The position numbers were made by a program, and so were the translations under genes. Under the pieces are notes generated by a model, which was not told the origin of the DNA, did not search any database, and was given only the letters and a program-made list of their open reading frames with translations. 64,000 nucleotides of DNA, taken from an uncultured Holophagaceae bacterium. GTDB taxonomy: Bacteria > Acidobacteriota > Holophagae > Holophagales > Holophagaceae. The DNA is taken from assembly GCA_903843705.1 (NCBI GenBank), contig CAIMQW010000277.1, forward strand, positions 10,091 to 74,090. Direction: 5' to 3'. This document shows positions 28,466-37,622 of the stretch, piece after piece (position 1 is the stretch's first letter; every line of letters begins with the position of its first letter).

Positions 28466-29938
28466 TCAATCCATCAGCCACTCAAGCAGGAAGCGGGGAC
28501 CTTCGCCGCTCCCCCCGTGGGTCCGGTAGTCGCGCTCCTTGCCGGACCAGGACCCGGACAGGTCCACGTGGACCCAGGAGGCCTGGCCGACGAACTCCCG
28601 CAGGAAGAGGCCGGCGGTGATGGTGCCCCCCCACCGGATGCCCGTGATGTTCTTTAGGTCCGCCAGGGGACTCTTCAGGAGGTCCGAGTATTCCTCCACC
28701 AGGGGCAGCTGCCAGAGGTACTCGCCCACGGCGCCCCCCGAGTCCACGAGGCGGTCCACCAGCTTCTGGTCCGTGCCCATGACCGCGGAGACCCCGTCGC
28801 CCATGGCCACAAGCGCCGCCCCGGTGAGGGTGGCCAGGTCCACGACGTGGTCGGCGCCGAGCTCGCTGGCGAGGTGGAGCAGGTCCGCCAGGACCAGGCG
28901 GCCCTCGGCATCGGTGTTGAGCACCTCGACGGTCTTGCCGCTGCGGGTGCGCAGTACGTCACCTGGCTTGTAGCTGGAGCCCGAAGGCATGTTCTCCACC
29001 AGACCCAGGAGCCCCGTGACCTGGACCGGCACTTCCAGCTGGGCGCAGGCGACCAGGGTGGCCAGGACGATGGCCGCACCCGTCATGTCGTCCTTCATGG
29101 TCTCCATGCCGGAACCGTCTTTGAGGGACAGGCCGCCCGAATCGAAGCAGACGCCCTTGCCAACGAGCACCACATGCTTCTTCGGCTTTTCCTTGGGCTT
29201 GTACTCGAGCTTGACCACCCGGGGCGGCCGGACGCTGCCCTGCCCCACGGCCAGTACCGCCCGGAAGCCACCCTTTTCCAGGGCCGGCACGTCCAGAATT
29301 TCGCAGTGGATTTTGTGCTGCTTGGCGAGCTTCGCGGCTGTTTCCGCGAAAACCTCCGGATAGAGATCGCCAGCGGGGGTGTTGGCCAGGTCCCGAACCC
29401 GGTGGCAGGCGGCCACGCCGGCCTCGACCACGGGCAGCTTGCGGCGCGCCTTGCGGGTGTCGTCTCCATTGGTGAAGACCTCGACAGAGGTGAACTGCTT
29501 GGCCTCCGGCTTGCCGCCCTTGAACGCCACGAAATCGTAGTTAGCGAGCAAGGCCCCTTCGGTCACAGCAATCTGCACGGCGTCATGGTCGAGGGTGGAC
29601 GTGGACGGCGACAGCACGCCGATCTTCTTCCATTTCTTCTTCAGGCAGAACCGCCCCGCGGCGCCCACGGCCTTGCGGATCTTGTTGAGGGTCACCTTCT
29701 CTTCGTCGCCAAGGCCCACCAGCACCATCCAGCGGCTCTCCTTCACGCCATTGGGGTGATGCAGCGGCACAACTTCAAGATAGTCCGCCTTGAAATCCTC
29801 TTCATCCATCACCTGTCGAGCGACCTTGCTGATGGCAAGGGGCAGACGGTGGCGTTCACGGCCCGAAAAGACCGGAACGATGAGGGCATCTCCAGCAAAA
29901 TCCTTACCGGTCTGAGAACTGATATCCACTGAAGGCAT
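28466..29938 (-). CDS. pepA: Leucyl aminopeptidase (M17)
   Basis: VGKGVCFDSGG, MKDDMTGAA, NTDAEGRL, ATLTGA. Confidence 0.95.
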   Translation of the reverse strand: MPSVDISSQTGKDFAGDALIVPVFSGRERHRLPLAISKVARQVMDEEDFKADYLEVVPLHHPNGVKESRWMVLVGLGDEEKVTLNKIRKAVGAAGRFCLKKKWKKIGVLSPSTSTLDHDAVQIAVTEGALLANYDFVAFKGGKPEAKQFTSVEVFTNGDDTRKARRKLPVVEAGVAACHRVRDLANTPAGDLYPEVFAETAAKLAKQHKIHCEILDVPALEKGGFRAVLAVGQGSVRPPRVVKLEYKPKEKPKKHVVLVGKGVCFDSGGLSLKDGSGMETMKDDMTGAAIVLATLVACAQLEVPVQVTGLLGLVENMPSGSSYKPGDVLRTRSGKTVEVLNTDAEGRLVLADLLHLASELGADHVVDLATLTGAALVAMGDGVSAVMGTDQKLVDRLVDSGGAVGEYLWQLPLVEEYSDLLKSPLADLKNITGIRWGGTITAGLFLREFVGQASWVHVDLSGSWSGKERDYRTHGGSGEGPRFLLEWLMD

Positions 29939-30080
29939 AAGGTTTCCTCCTCGTTATCGAGCCTAGGTGCAGGACGGAAAAAAGGAAAGCCCATTTTTTG
30001 ATCGTTAGCTCTCGCAAGATTTCAGTTGATTAGGGCCAAATATTCCTTACTTATCAGTCGAATCAGGAGATTCAGCCGTA

Positions 30081-30106
30081 TTCGTTTGTTGTTTACAACA
30101 AACGAA
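30081..30106. promoter_or_regulatory. Perfect AT-rich palindrome (operator-like)
   Basis: TTCGTTTGTTGT-tt-ACAACAAACGAA, 12-bp arms, in the AT-rich region upstream of pepA. Confidence 0.6.
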
Positions 30107-30151
30107 CCAGTCTCCCAGCCCAGCCTCGGATTCATGCAGGGCCGCCCAGGG

Positions 30152-30658
30152 TTAGGCCGCGCTGGCCCGCTTCAGGAGCTCTTCGAAGCGCTCGAACAGG
30201 TGCGCCCGGGGCCCCTTGGGCTGGCGCTTGAGGATCATTCCGGCCTGCTCGGGCGTGCGTCCGCCCTTGGTCTGGTTGCAGGAAAGGCAGCAGCCCACCA
30301 GGTTCTGCCAAGTGGTGGAGCCGCCCTGGCAGACCGGGATGACATGGTCCACGGTGGTGGCCTTCTTGGCGCAACCCTCGTATTGGCAGATGAAATGATC
30401 CCGGCGCAAGACCCGGCGCTCCAACCGGCCCAGCAGCAGCTTGGAGTCGCTGCAGGCCTGGACGTGGGGGAAGATGATCAGCTCGAGGCGAGCCTCCAGG
30501 TTCCCGTGCCGCTCGAAGGTGGCTGGATTCAACACATGAGCCCGGCCTGACACAACGGCACAGAGCGCCCGGCGGCGGCTGACCTCCTGCATGGGGACAT
30601 AGTTCCGGTCCACGGCAATGACTTCCCCGGCCCCGTGTCGCTCCTTCCCTTTCAGCAT
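30152..30658 (-). CDS. HNH endonuclease (McrA/COG1403-like)
   Basis: VLRRDHFICQYEGC, TVDHVIP, GG.TTWQNLVGCCLSCNQTKG. Confidence 0.9.
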   Translation of the reverse strand: MLKGKERHGAGEVIAVDRNYVPMQEVSRRRALCAVVSGRAHVLNPATFERHGNLEARLELIIFPHVQACSDSKLLLGRLERRVLRRDHFICQYEGCAKKATTVDHVIPVCQGGSTTWQNLVGCCLSCNQTKGGRTPEQAGMILKRQPKGPRAHLFERFEELLKRASAA

Positions 30659-30712
30659 CGCACCCTCGCGGTTGCCCGAATCCTAAGGCAAACACGGGAA
30701 TTGTGAAGTGAA

Positions 30713-32011
30713 TTATTCGCTTTCTTCCGGCAGCGCGGCCGGGGTCCCGGGTTCCAGGACCGGCAAGGCCTCCACGTCCTTGAGCTTGCGGGTCATGACG
30801 TTGGACCGGGTGGTAACCTCGCCGACCTTGTTGGCCGCCTCCTGCAGTTTCTTCTCGACCGCCTTGAGGCTGTCTGTGAAGCGGCCGAACTCGGTCTTCA
30901 CCTCCCCAAGGACCTTCCAGACATCGGCGCTCTGGCGAGTGATGGCCAGGGTCTTAAACCCCACCTGGAGGGCGTTCAGCAACGCCGACAAGGTCGTGGG
31001 CCCGACCACCGTGACCCGGTAGTCCCGCTGCAGCCGCTCAAACAAACCCCGGCACCGCAGCACTTCCGCATAGAGCCCCTCCGAGGGGAGGAATAGCAGC
31101 GCAAAGTCCGTGGTGAGAGGCGGGCGGAGATACTTCTCGCAGATGCCCTTTGCTTCGGTGACGACTCGGGCTTCCAGGGCCTTGGAGGCCGCCTGGACCC
31201 CGGGCAGGTCCGCCAGCTCCTGGGCATCCATGAGCCGCTGGTAGTCCTCCAGGGGGAACTTGGCGTCGATGGGCAGCCAGACGGGCTGGTCCTCAGACGG
31301 GCCGGGCATGCGGACGGCAAAGTCCACGGCCTCGCGGCTGTCGGGGTTCACCCGGACCTGGGCCTCGAACTGCTGGGGCGCCAGGAACTGGGCCAGTAGG
31401 CCACCCAACTGGGCCTCGCCCAGCATGCCGAGGGTCTTGAAGTTGCCCATGACCCGCTTGAGGCCGCCCACGTCCTGGGCCAGGGTCTGCATCTCACCCA
31501 GGCCCTTGTGCACGGCCTCCAGGCGGTCGCTGACCTGCTTGAAGCTCTCGCCCAGGCGCTTCTCCAGGGTGTCGTGGAGCTTCTCGTCCACGGTCTGCCG
31601 CATCTGCTCCAGCTTGGCGTCGTTGCCCTTCTGGAGGGCTTCCAGCTGCGCGCGCACCGACTCCTGGACCTCTAGCAGGCTCCGGCGCTGCTCCTCCCGG
31701 CCCAGGGTCAGGGCCGCCTGGAGATCCTTGGCGAGTTCCCGGAAGCGGTCGGCGAGGCCCTCGGCCAGGGCCTTCTGGTGCTCTGCCTTCGAGGTGGCTA
31801 GGTTCTGCCCCAGGCCCGTCAGCTGGTCCCGCAGGGGGCCAAGCTGGGTGACCAGGTCCGCCTGACTGTCCCGCCGGGAGCGGCCGATCTCCTCGGTCAG
31901 CTGGCGATGGAGGGCCTGCAGACCGGGATCCCGCCGGGGCCGTAGGGCAGCCCAGGCGGCGATGGCCGCGGTGAGGAGCGTCAGAAGCGTGAGGAGCAGC
32001 TGGAGGTTCAT
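30713..32011 (-). CDS. rmuC: DNA recombination protein RmuC
   Basis: N-terminal TM, coiled coil, G.LGE..L, LPIDAKFP, DFALLFLPSEGLYAE, GPTTL. Confidence 0.93.
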   Translation of the reverse strand: MNLQLLLTLLTLLTAAIAAWAALRPRRDPGLQALHRQLTEEIGRSRRDSQADLVTQLGPLRDQLTGLGQNLATSKAEHQKALAEGLADRFRELAKDLQAALTLGREEQRRSLLEVQESVRAQLEALQKGNDAKLEQMRQTVDEKLHDTLEKRLGESFKQVSDRLEAVHKGLGEMQTLAQDVGGLKRVMGNFKTLGMLGEAQLGGLLAQFLAPQQFEAQVRVNPDSREAVDFAVRMPGPSEDQPVWLPIDAKFPLEDYQRLMDAQELADLPGVQAASKALEARVVTEAKGICEKYLRPPLTTDFALLFLPSEGLYAEVLRCRGLFERLQRDYRVTVVGPTTLSALLNALQVGFKTLAITRQSADVWKVLGEVKTEFGRFTDSLKAVEKKLQEAANKVGEVTTRSNVMTRKLKDVEALPVLEPGTPAALPEESE

Positions 32012-32018
32012 GGGTTGA

Positions 32019-32453
32019 TTATCGCCGGTCCGACTGGTCAGGCAGTGTCCATTCCGCGCGGCGGCCCTCGCCGTCGGCGGCCAGGGTCAGCTCAGCTACC
32101 CAAGTCGAGGGCCAGGGGCCGCTGCGGCCCGCCCACTCAACGACCAGCCGGTCCGTGGGGCTGAGGGTCTCCTCCAGGCCCAGGGTCCAGGCCCCTTCCG
32201 GCCCGGGCCGGTAGAGGTCCAGGTGGAACAGGCTCCCCCCGGGCAACTCGTAGTGGTGTAGCACGGCATAGGTCGGTGAGGCCACGGCGTCGGGATCGCC
32301 GCCCAGGCCCCGGAGGAAGCCCCGGGTCCAGGTGGTCTTGCCGGCGCCCAACTCGCCCCGCAGCAGCCAGGTCCCACCGGGGGGGGTGAGGCGGGCCAGG
32401 TCCTCGCCCAGGGCCTCGGTCTCCCCCTCGTCAGCCAGGAACCGCTCAGCCAC
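32019..32453 (-). CDS. tsaE: t6A biosynthesis ATPase
   Basis: GELGAGKT, SPTY, HLDLYR, VEW; GTG start overlapping the nnr stop. Confidence 0.92.
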   Translation of the reverse strand: MAERFLADEGETEALGEDLARLTPPGGTWLLRGELGAGKTTWTRGFLRGLGGDPDAVASPTYAVLHHYELPGGSLFHLDLYRPGPEGAWTLGLEETLSPTDRLVVEWAGRSGPWPSTWVAELTLAADGEGRRAEWTLPDQSDRR

Positions 32454-33840
32454 GCAGCAGCTCCGGGAGCAGGTCCGCGAGGTCCCGGGGCAGCAGCCCC
32501 GCGCCCGGCAGCCGATCCGCCGCCGCGCCGTGGAACCAGGCCGCCGTGGCCACCGCCTCGCGCATGGGCAGCCCCTGGGCGCGGAACCCTGCCACCATGC
32601 CCGCGAGCAGGTCACCGCTGCCGCCCGTAGCGAGCCCGGGGTGACCCGTCGGATTGATCCAGAGATCCGGGCTGGCGCCGCCGGCAATGACGCTCTGGGC
32701 ACCCTTCAGCAGCAGGACCCCGGGCTTGCCGGTGGCCACGTCCCGGGCCTGGGCCAGCCGCTCGTCCATCAGCAGGGGTCGGGCCAGGTGGAAGAGCCGC
32801 GCGAACTCGCCAGGATGGGGGGTGATGGCGGTGCCGGGCCGATTCATCCAGCGCGGGCCTTCACCTTCCTTGAGGGCCGAGGCGTCCACCACCAGGGGAC
32901 CCGGCCAGTCCGGCACCTCGGTGATGCCCCCGGGGCCCACCAGTAGCACATCGGCCTCGGCGGGCACCGTGCCGCGCCAGACCTGCACCATGGCCTCAGG
33001 CACCTGGGCGGCAATCTCAGCCCGGACCTCGGCGTCCGTCAGCACCGTCACCAGCCCGGCCCCGGCCCGCAGGGCGCCCAGGGCCGCGAGCACCGCGGCG
33101 CCGCTCATGCCGAGGCTGCCTGCGCGGATGGCCACATGGCCGAAGCTGCCCTTGTGGGAATCCCAGGCGCGGGGGGCCAGGACGGGCCGCTCCAGCAGGT
33201 GCAGGGTGCCAGCAGGGGGCTGATCAAGCGGGATGGGCACCACGGTGATCTCGCCGCACCAGTTCCGGGCGGGCAGCAGGCCGTGACAGACCTTGCGGGC
33301 GCCGAAGCAGGCGGTCTTCACCGCGTGCACGGCTTCGCCCGGCACCTCGGCAGAGCTGGGGTCCAGGCCCGAAGGCAGGTCCAGCGCCAGCACCGGCAGG
33401 CCGCTGGCGTTCAGCGCTTGCACCCAGGTGGCTGCGGGACCTTCGAGGGGCCGGGTCGTGCCGAGGCCGAAGAGGCCGTCCACCACCCAGCCCCGCCAGG
33501 CCGTCATGGCCCGGGCGGGCGCCTCGGTGGTCTGGATGGTCTGGCCAAGGCCCTGCCAGAGCCGGGCCTGCTGGGCCGCGTCCCCCTGCCAGTGGGGCTG
33601 GGTAAAGGGCGACCAGACGGTCACGACCCGCCCCTGCAGCTGGGCGAGGCGGGCCAGCGCCAGTGCGTCCCCGCCGTTGTTGCCGGGGCCCGCCAGCACG
33701 TGCAGTGGGGCGTCAACAGGCAGCAGGGCCAGGGCGCCCAGGGCGGCATGCTCCTGCAGGACCAGCGACGCCACTCCCCAGCCTTCGATGGCCTGGCGTT
33801 CGGCGGCCCGCATCTCGTCGGCGGTGAGGAGAGGGATCAT
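32446..33840 (-). CDS. nnr: Bifunctional NAD(P)H-hydrate epimerase/dehydratase
   Basis: GPGNNGGDA, DLPSG, HKGSFG, TPHPGEF, ATGGSGDLLAG. Confidence 0.93.
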   Translation of the reverse strand: MIPLLTADEMRAAERQAIEGWGVASLVLQEHAALGALALLPVDAPLHVLAGPGNNGGDALALARLAQLQGRVVTVWSPFTQPHWQGDAAQQARLWQGLGQTIQTTEAPARAMTAWRGWVVDGLFGLGTTRPLEGPAATWVQALNASGLPVLALDLPSGLDPSSAEVPGEAVHAVKTACFGARKVCHGLLPARNWCGEITVVPIPLDQPPAGTLHLLERPVLAPRAWDSHKGSFGHVAIRAGSLGMSGAAVLAALGALRAGAGLVTVLTDAEVRAEIAAQVPEAMVQVWRGTVPAEADVLLVGPGGITEVPDWPGPLVVDASALKEGEGPRWMNRPGTAITPHPGEFARLFHLARPLLMDERLAQARDVATGKPGVLLLKGAQSVIAGGASPDLWINPTGHPGLATGGSGDLLAGMVAGFRAQGLPMREAVATAAWFHGAAADRLPGAGLLPRDLADLLPELLRG

Positions 33841-33849
33841 GGGACCAGT

Positions 33850-34431
33850 CTAATCCCGTTGGGCGAGGTACGCCGTCAGGGCCCGGGGATAGAGCTCCAT
33901 TTCCGCGGCATAGACCCGCCGCTGGAGCTCCTCCGGGGTGTCCCCGGGCAGCACCGGCACCCGCAGCTGATCCAGGACCCCACCGTGATCGTATTCACCG
34001 TCCACCAGATGCACGGTGGCACCGGACTCGGCCTCGCCCGCCGCCAGGACCGCGCGGTGGACGTGCATGCCATACATCCCGGGGCCGCTGAAGCGGGGCA
34101 GCAGGCCCGGGTGGATGTTGAGGATGCGCCCGTTCCAGCGGGTCGGCACCGTGAGCTTCTTCAGCCAGCCGCAGAGGCAGATGACCTCCGCGCCCGCACT
34201 CTCGGCAGCCTGGTAGCAGGCCTCTGAAAAGGCCTCGTCGGAGTCAAAGGTCCCACGCACCGCCACGGCCACGGACAGGCCCTCGGCCTCGAGCCGGGCG
34301 ATGCCGCCCGCCTTGGGGGTGGAGGCCACCCCCAGCACGGGTAGGCCCGGCACCCGGCCCTCGCGGCAGGCCCTGAGGAGGTTCAGGGCGTTGCCGCCGG
34401 TGCCGGAGATGAAGAAGGCGATGCGCCTCAC
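33850..34431 (-). CDS. purN: Phosphoribosylglycinamide formyltransferase
   Basis: [27 protein letters not shown]. Confidence 0.92.
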   Translation of the reverse strand: MRRIAFFISGTGGNALNLLRACREGRVPGLPVLGVASTPKAGGIARLEAEGLSVAVAVRGTFDSDEAFSEACYQAAESAGAEVICLCGWLKKLTVPTRWNGRILNIHPGLLPRFSGPGMYGMHVHRAVLAAGEAESGATVHLVDGEYDHGGVLDQLRVPVLPGDTPEELQRRVYAAEMELYPRALTAYLAQRD

Positions 34432-35432
34432 TGCAGGGCCGTCAGGACCGCCACATCCGCGATGTCCTGGGGGCTGCAGCCGCGGCTCAGGTCGTTGGCC
34501 GGCCGCGCGAGGCCCTGGAGGAAGGGCCCGATGGCGGCCGCCCCGCCCATGCGCTCGGCGATCTTGTAGCTGATGTTGCCAGCGTCGAGGTCCGGGAAGA
34601 CCAGCACGTTGGCCCGTCCCGCCACGGCGGAACCCGGCGCCTTGCGGCTGCCCACGGAGGCCAGCAGCGCTGCATCGGCCTGCAGCTCGCCGTCCGCTGC
34701 CAGGTCCGGCGCCTTCTCCTTCAGGATGGCCAGGGCCGCGCGCACCTTGTCCACCCGGGGGTGCTCGGCGGAGCCGCGCGTCGAAAAGCTCAAGAGCGCC
34801 ACCCGGGGCTCCACACCCATAACACTGCGGGCGTTCCCCGCGGCCGCGAGGGCGATGTCCGCCAGCTGCTCGGGCGTGGGATCCGGCACCACCGCGCAGT
34901 CCGCGAAGATCACCGCGCCCTGCTCCCCGAAAGAGGCGTCGGGGTGGATCATCATGAAGAAGCTGGAAACGGTCTTGATGCCCTTGGCGGCGCCAATGGC
35001 CTGGAGGCAGGCGCGGACGGTCTCGGCGGTCGTGTTGAGCGCTCCAGCCACCATGCCGTCCCCGTGCCCGGTCTGGACCTGCATGGCCCCGAACCAGAGG
35101 GGGTTGCCGAGGGCTTCAAGAGCCTGGGCCTCGGTGATGCCCTTGGCCTTGCGGCGCTCGTAGTAAGCGCCGGCCAGCTCTGGCAGCAGCGGACTGGTGG
35201 CGGGATCCACGAGCTCCGCCCCCTGCAGGGAGAGGCCCAGGGCCGCGCCCCGCTTGGTCATGTCCGCCGGATCCCCCAGGATGGTGAGGTGGCAGAGGCC
35301 CTGGTCCAGCAGCATCTGGGCGGCCTGGAGCGTGCGGTCCTCGCGACCCTCCGGCAGCACGATGTGGCGCTGCAGTACCTTGGCCCGCTCGCGGAAGCGC
35401 TCCATCCAGAGGGAGTGGTTGGCGTTGGTCAA
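34428..35432 (-). CDS. pta: Phosphate acetyltransferase
   Basis: [48 protein letters not shown]. Confidence 0.95.
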   Translation of the reverse strand: MTNANHSLWMERFRERAKVLQRHIVLPEGREDRTLQAAQMLLDQGLCHLTILGDPADMTKRGAALGLSLQGAELVDPATSPLLPELAGAYYERRKAKGITEAQALEALGNPLWFGAMQVQTGHGDGMVAGALNTTAETVRACLQAIGAAKGIKTVSSFFMMIHPDASFGEQGAVIFADCAVVPDPTPEQLADIALAAAGNARSVMGVEPRVALLSFSTRGSAEHPRVDKVRAALAILKEKAPDLAADGELQADAALLASVGSRKAPGSAVAGRANVLVFPDLDAGNISYKIAERMGGAAAIGPFLQGLARPANDLSRGCSPQDIADVAVLTALQ

Positions 35433-35466
35433 GGGAGCCTCCTGCGGCGGTAGGTGAGGTTGGGGG

Positions 35467-35790
35467 TCAGGCGTCGGCGAGGAAGGTCCGGGCGTCGGTG
35501 CCCGTGCGCTCGCGGAAGGTGTCCACCAGGCTGGGCACGCCGGAGCTGGCCTCGTCGAGGTACATCGCTTCGATGCGATGCATGGGGATGAATCGAGTAC
35601 TGAGGGCCACCTGGTCGCCCTGCCCGGTGCGGACGAGGCTCAGCACCTCCTCCCAGGGGGTCAGGTCCAGGCCACGCAGGGCGATGCCCGCGGCTTCGAG
35701 GCCGAGGATGCGGCCCCAGAAGCGCTCCCGGGGCGATTGCGCCACCACCACCACCAGGTCACCGGAATGGAAGGGCATGGGCATGGGCAT
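35467..35790 (-). CDS. Hypothetical protein
   Basis: 107 aa, host-like codon use, GGAG RBS, within a co-oriented run. Confidence 0.7.
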   Translation of the reverse strand: MPMPMPFHSGDLVVVVAQSPRERFWGRILGLEAAGIALRGLDLTPWEEVLSLVRTGQGDQVALSTRFIPMHRIEAMYLDEASSGVPSLVDTFRERTGTDARTFLADA

Positions 35791-35808
35791 GGGTGGACTC
35801 CGGGGTCT

Positions 35809-37140
35809 CTACAGGGCCGGCCCCTCGACAATGAGGCGCCCTTCCGTGAAGCCTTCCATGGCCCAGCGCGGTCCTTCAAAGCCGTTGCCGCTGGCGCGGA
35901 CGCCGCCAAAAGGGGCGGCATCGAGCCGGAAAGTGGGAGGCAGGTTCAGCAGCACCCCGCCCGCCCGCAGCGTGGCCTCCGCGAGGCGGAGGTGGCGCTG
36001 GTCCCGGCTGTAGGCGCTGGCCCGTAGACCAAAGCGGGTGGCCGCGGCAAGCGTGAGACCCTCTTCGAAAGAGGTCACCGGGGTGAGCACCGTCACCGGC
36101 GAGAAGGCCTCCTCGCACTGCAGCGGATCCTCCTCGGCCAGGCCGGTCAGGATGGCCGGCGGGAGCAGCGCGCCCTGGCGCTGGCCGCGCAGCAGGAACT
36201 GGGCACCCGCCTGGGCCGCCCGGTCCAGACCCTCGTCCACCCGCCGGGCCGTGGCTTCGTCGATGACGGGGCCCACCAGGGTGGCGGGATCCAGGGGATC
36301 GCCACAGGGCAGCGCCTGGACGGCCGCGACGAAGGCGGGAACAAAGGCCTCCCAGAGGTTGCGGTGGATATAGATGCGCTGGGCCTTGGAGCAGCTCTGC
36401 CCCGCGCCAGCCACCGCCGCCGGGGCGATGCTCCTGGCGACGGCCACGGGATCCACGCCCTCGTCCACCACCACGGCACCGTTGCCGCCCAGCTCCAGCA
36501 GCAGCCGCTTCCCGGCCAGCACCTGCTCCAGGTGACGGCCCACGCGCTCGGAGCCGGTGAAGCTCACCACGACGATGCGGGGGTCTTTGGCAAGGGCCTC
36601 GGCCTGCACCGGGTCCGGCCCGGCCAGCTGCAGCAGCGCCACGGGCGCGCCCACCTGCACCCGGGCCGCCTCGAAGCTCGCCCAGAGCAGCTGGGACGTA
36701 CGCGGCGCCTGGGGACAGGGCTTCCAGATCACGCTGCAGCCCGCGCCCAGGGCAGGCGCCAGCTTGTGGACCGCCAGATTCACGGGGAAGTTGAAGGGCG
36801 TGATGGCCAGGGCGGGCCCCAGGGGGAACCGCCGGAACACCGCCCGGCAGCCGTCAGCCCCGGGCATCAGGTCGTAGGGAATGGCCTCTTCGCCAAAGGT
36901 CGCGATGGCCTCGATCGTCGCCCGCAGGGTCATCTCAGCCCGGCCGACCTCACCCCGCGCCATGGTGATGGGCTTGCCCGTTTCGACCGCCATGGCCTGG
37001 GCCAGCTCCTCCCGAACCGGGACAATGTGCCCCAGCCAAGCCTCCAGCAGCGCCCTCCGGGACAGCCGGGAGGCCCCCTTCCAGGACTCGAAGGCAAGTT
37101 CCGCCTGCCTGGCCAGTTCTTCCCACGCTTCTGCGCCCAT
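35809..37140 (-). CDS. Aldehyde dehydrogenase family protein
   Basis: ITPFNFP, SFTGS, LELGG, GQSC, EEAFSP, PFGGV. Start uncertain (37140 or 37170). Confidence 0.9.
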   Translation of the reverse strand: MGAEAWEELARQAELAFESWKGASRLSRRALLEAWLGHIVPVREELAQAMAVETGKPITMARGEVGRAEMTLRATIEAIATFGEEAIPYDLMPGADGCRAVFRRFPLGPALAITPFNFPVNLAVHKLAPALGAGCSVIWKPCPQAPRTSQLLWASFEAARVQVGAPVALLQLAGPDPVQAEALAKDPRIVVVSFTGSERVGRHLEQVLAGKRLLLELGGNGAVVVDEGVDPVAVARSIAPAAVAGAGQSCSKAQRIYIHRNLWEAFVPAFVAAVQALPCGDPLDPATLVGPVIDEATARRVDEGLDRAAQAGAQFLLRGQRQGALLPPAILTGLAEEDPLQCEEAFSPVTVLTPVTSFEEGLTLAAATRFGLRASAYSRDQRHLRLAEATLRAGGVLLNLPPTFRLDAAPFGGVRASGNGFEGPRWAMEGFTEGRLIVEGPAL

Positions 37141-37247
37141 GGGCCACCATCCCCGGTTCTGCCCTGCCATCAGCCGGGCCCATCCAGCTTATCCGCGCTG
37201 GTCCCCGCGGCCCATGAACCAGATCACATCGCCTCCAGGTCAATTAA

Positions 37248-37275
37248 TCATCCTTCCCTTGGAGAAGGCCGATGA
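37248..37275 (+). promoter_or_regulatory. Putative sigma28 (FliA) promoter
   Basis: TCAT-N16-GCCGATGA upstream of the STAS gene. Confidence 0.45.
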
Positions 37276-37308
37276 AGGGGACTCGGCGACGCGACAAAGG
37301 CCCACACC

Positions 37309-37620
37309 ATGATGCTCACCCTGCACCGAGAACCCTCGGCATCCCTGATCCGGCTGGAGGGGAACTTCACCTTCGAGTCCCACACGGCCTTCCGGTCAGC
37401 CACCCAGGAACTGCTCGATGACCCAGGGACCGAGCAGATCACCCTGGACCTCTCCGGCCTGCACTACATGGACTCTTCGTCCCTGGGCATGCTGCTGGTC
37501 CTGCGGGAGAAGACCGAAGAGAAGGGCATCAAGGTGGTGCTGATCAAGCCCTCCCCCGCGGTGATGGGGATCCTCAAGATCGTGCAGTTCGGAAAGCTGT
37601 TCGAGATCCGGGAGGACTGA
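37309..37620 (+). CDS. STAS-domain anti-sigma antagonist (HsbA-like)
   Basis: LDLSGLHYMDSSSLGMLL phosphoserine motif. Confidence 0.92.
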   Translation: MMLTLHREPSASLIRLEGNFTFESHTAFRSATQELLDDPGTEQITLDLSGLHYMDSSSLGMLLVLREKTEEKGIKVVLIKPSPAVMGILKIVQFGKLFEIRED

Positions 37621-37622
37621 GT

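Noticed and set aside
30152-30712. HNH gene as an IscB/HEARO-type RNA-guided nuclease (N-terminus faintly PLMP-like)
   Set aside because: Only 168 aa, no RuvC motifs, only 54 bp upstream (no room for a guide RNA) and no transposon ends; fits the common stand-alone HNH family.
35773-35793. (GGGCAT)3 repeat giving MPMPMP
   Set aside because: Short in-frame hexamer repeat that only makes the start codon ambiguous.
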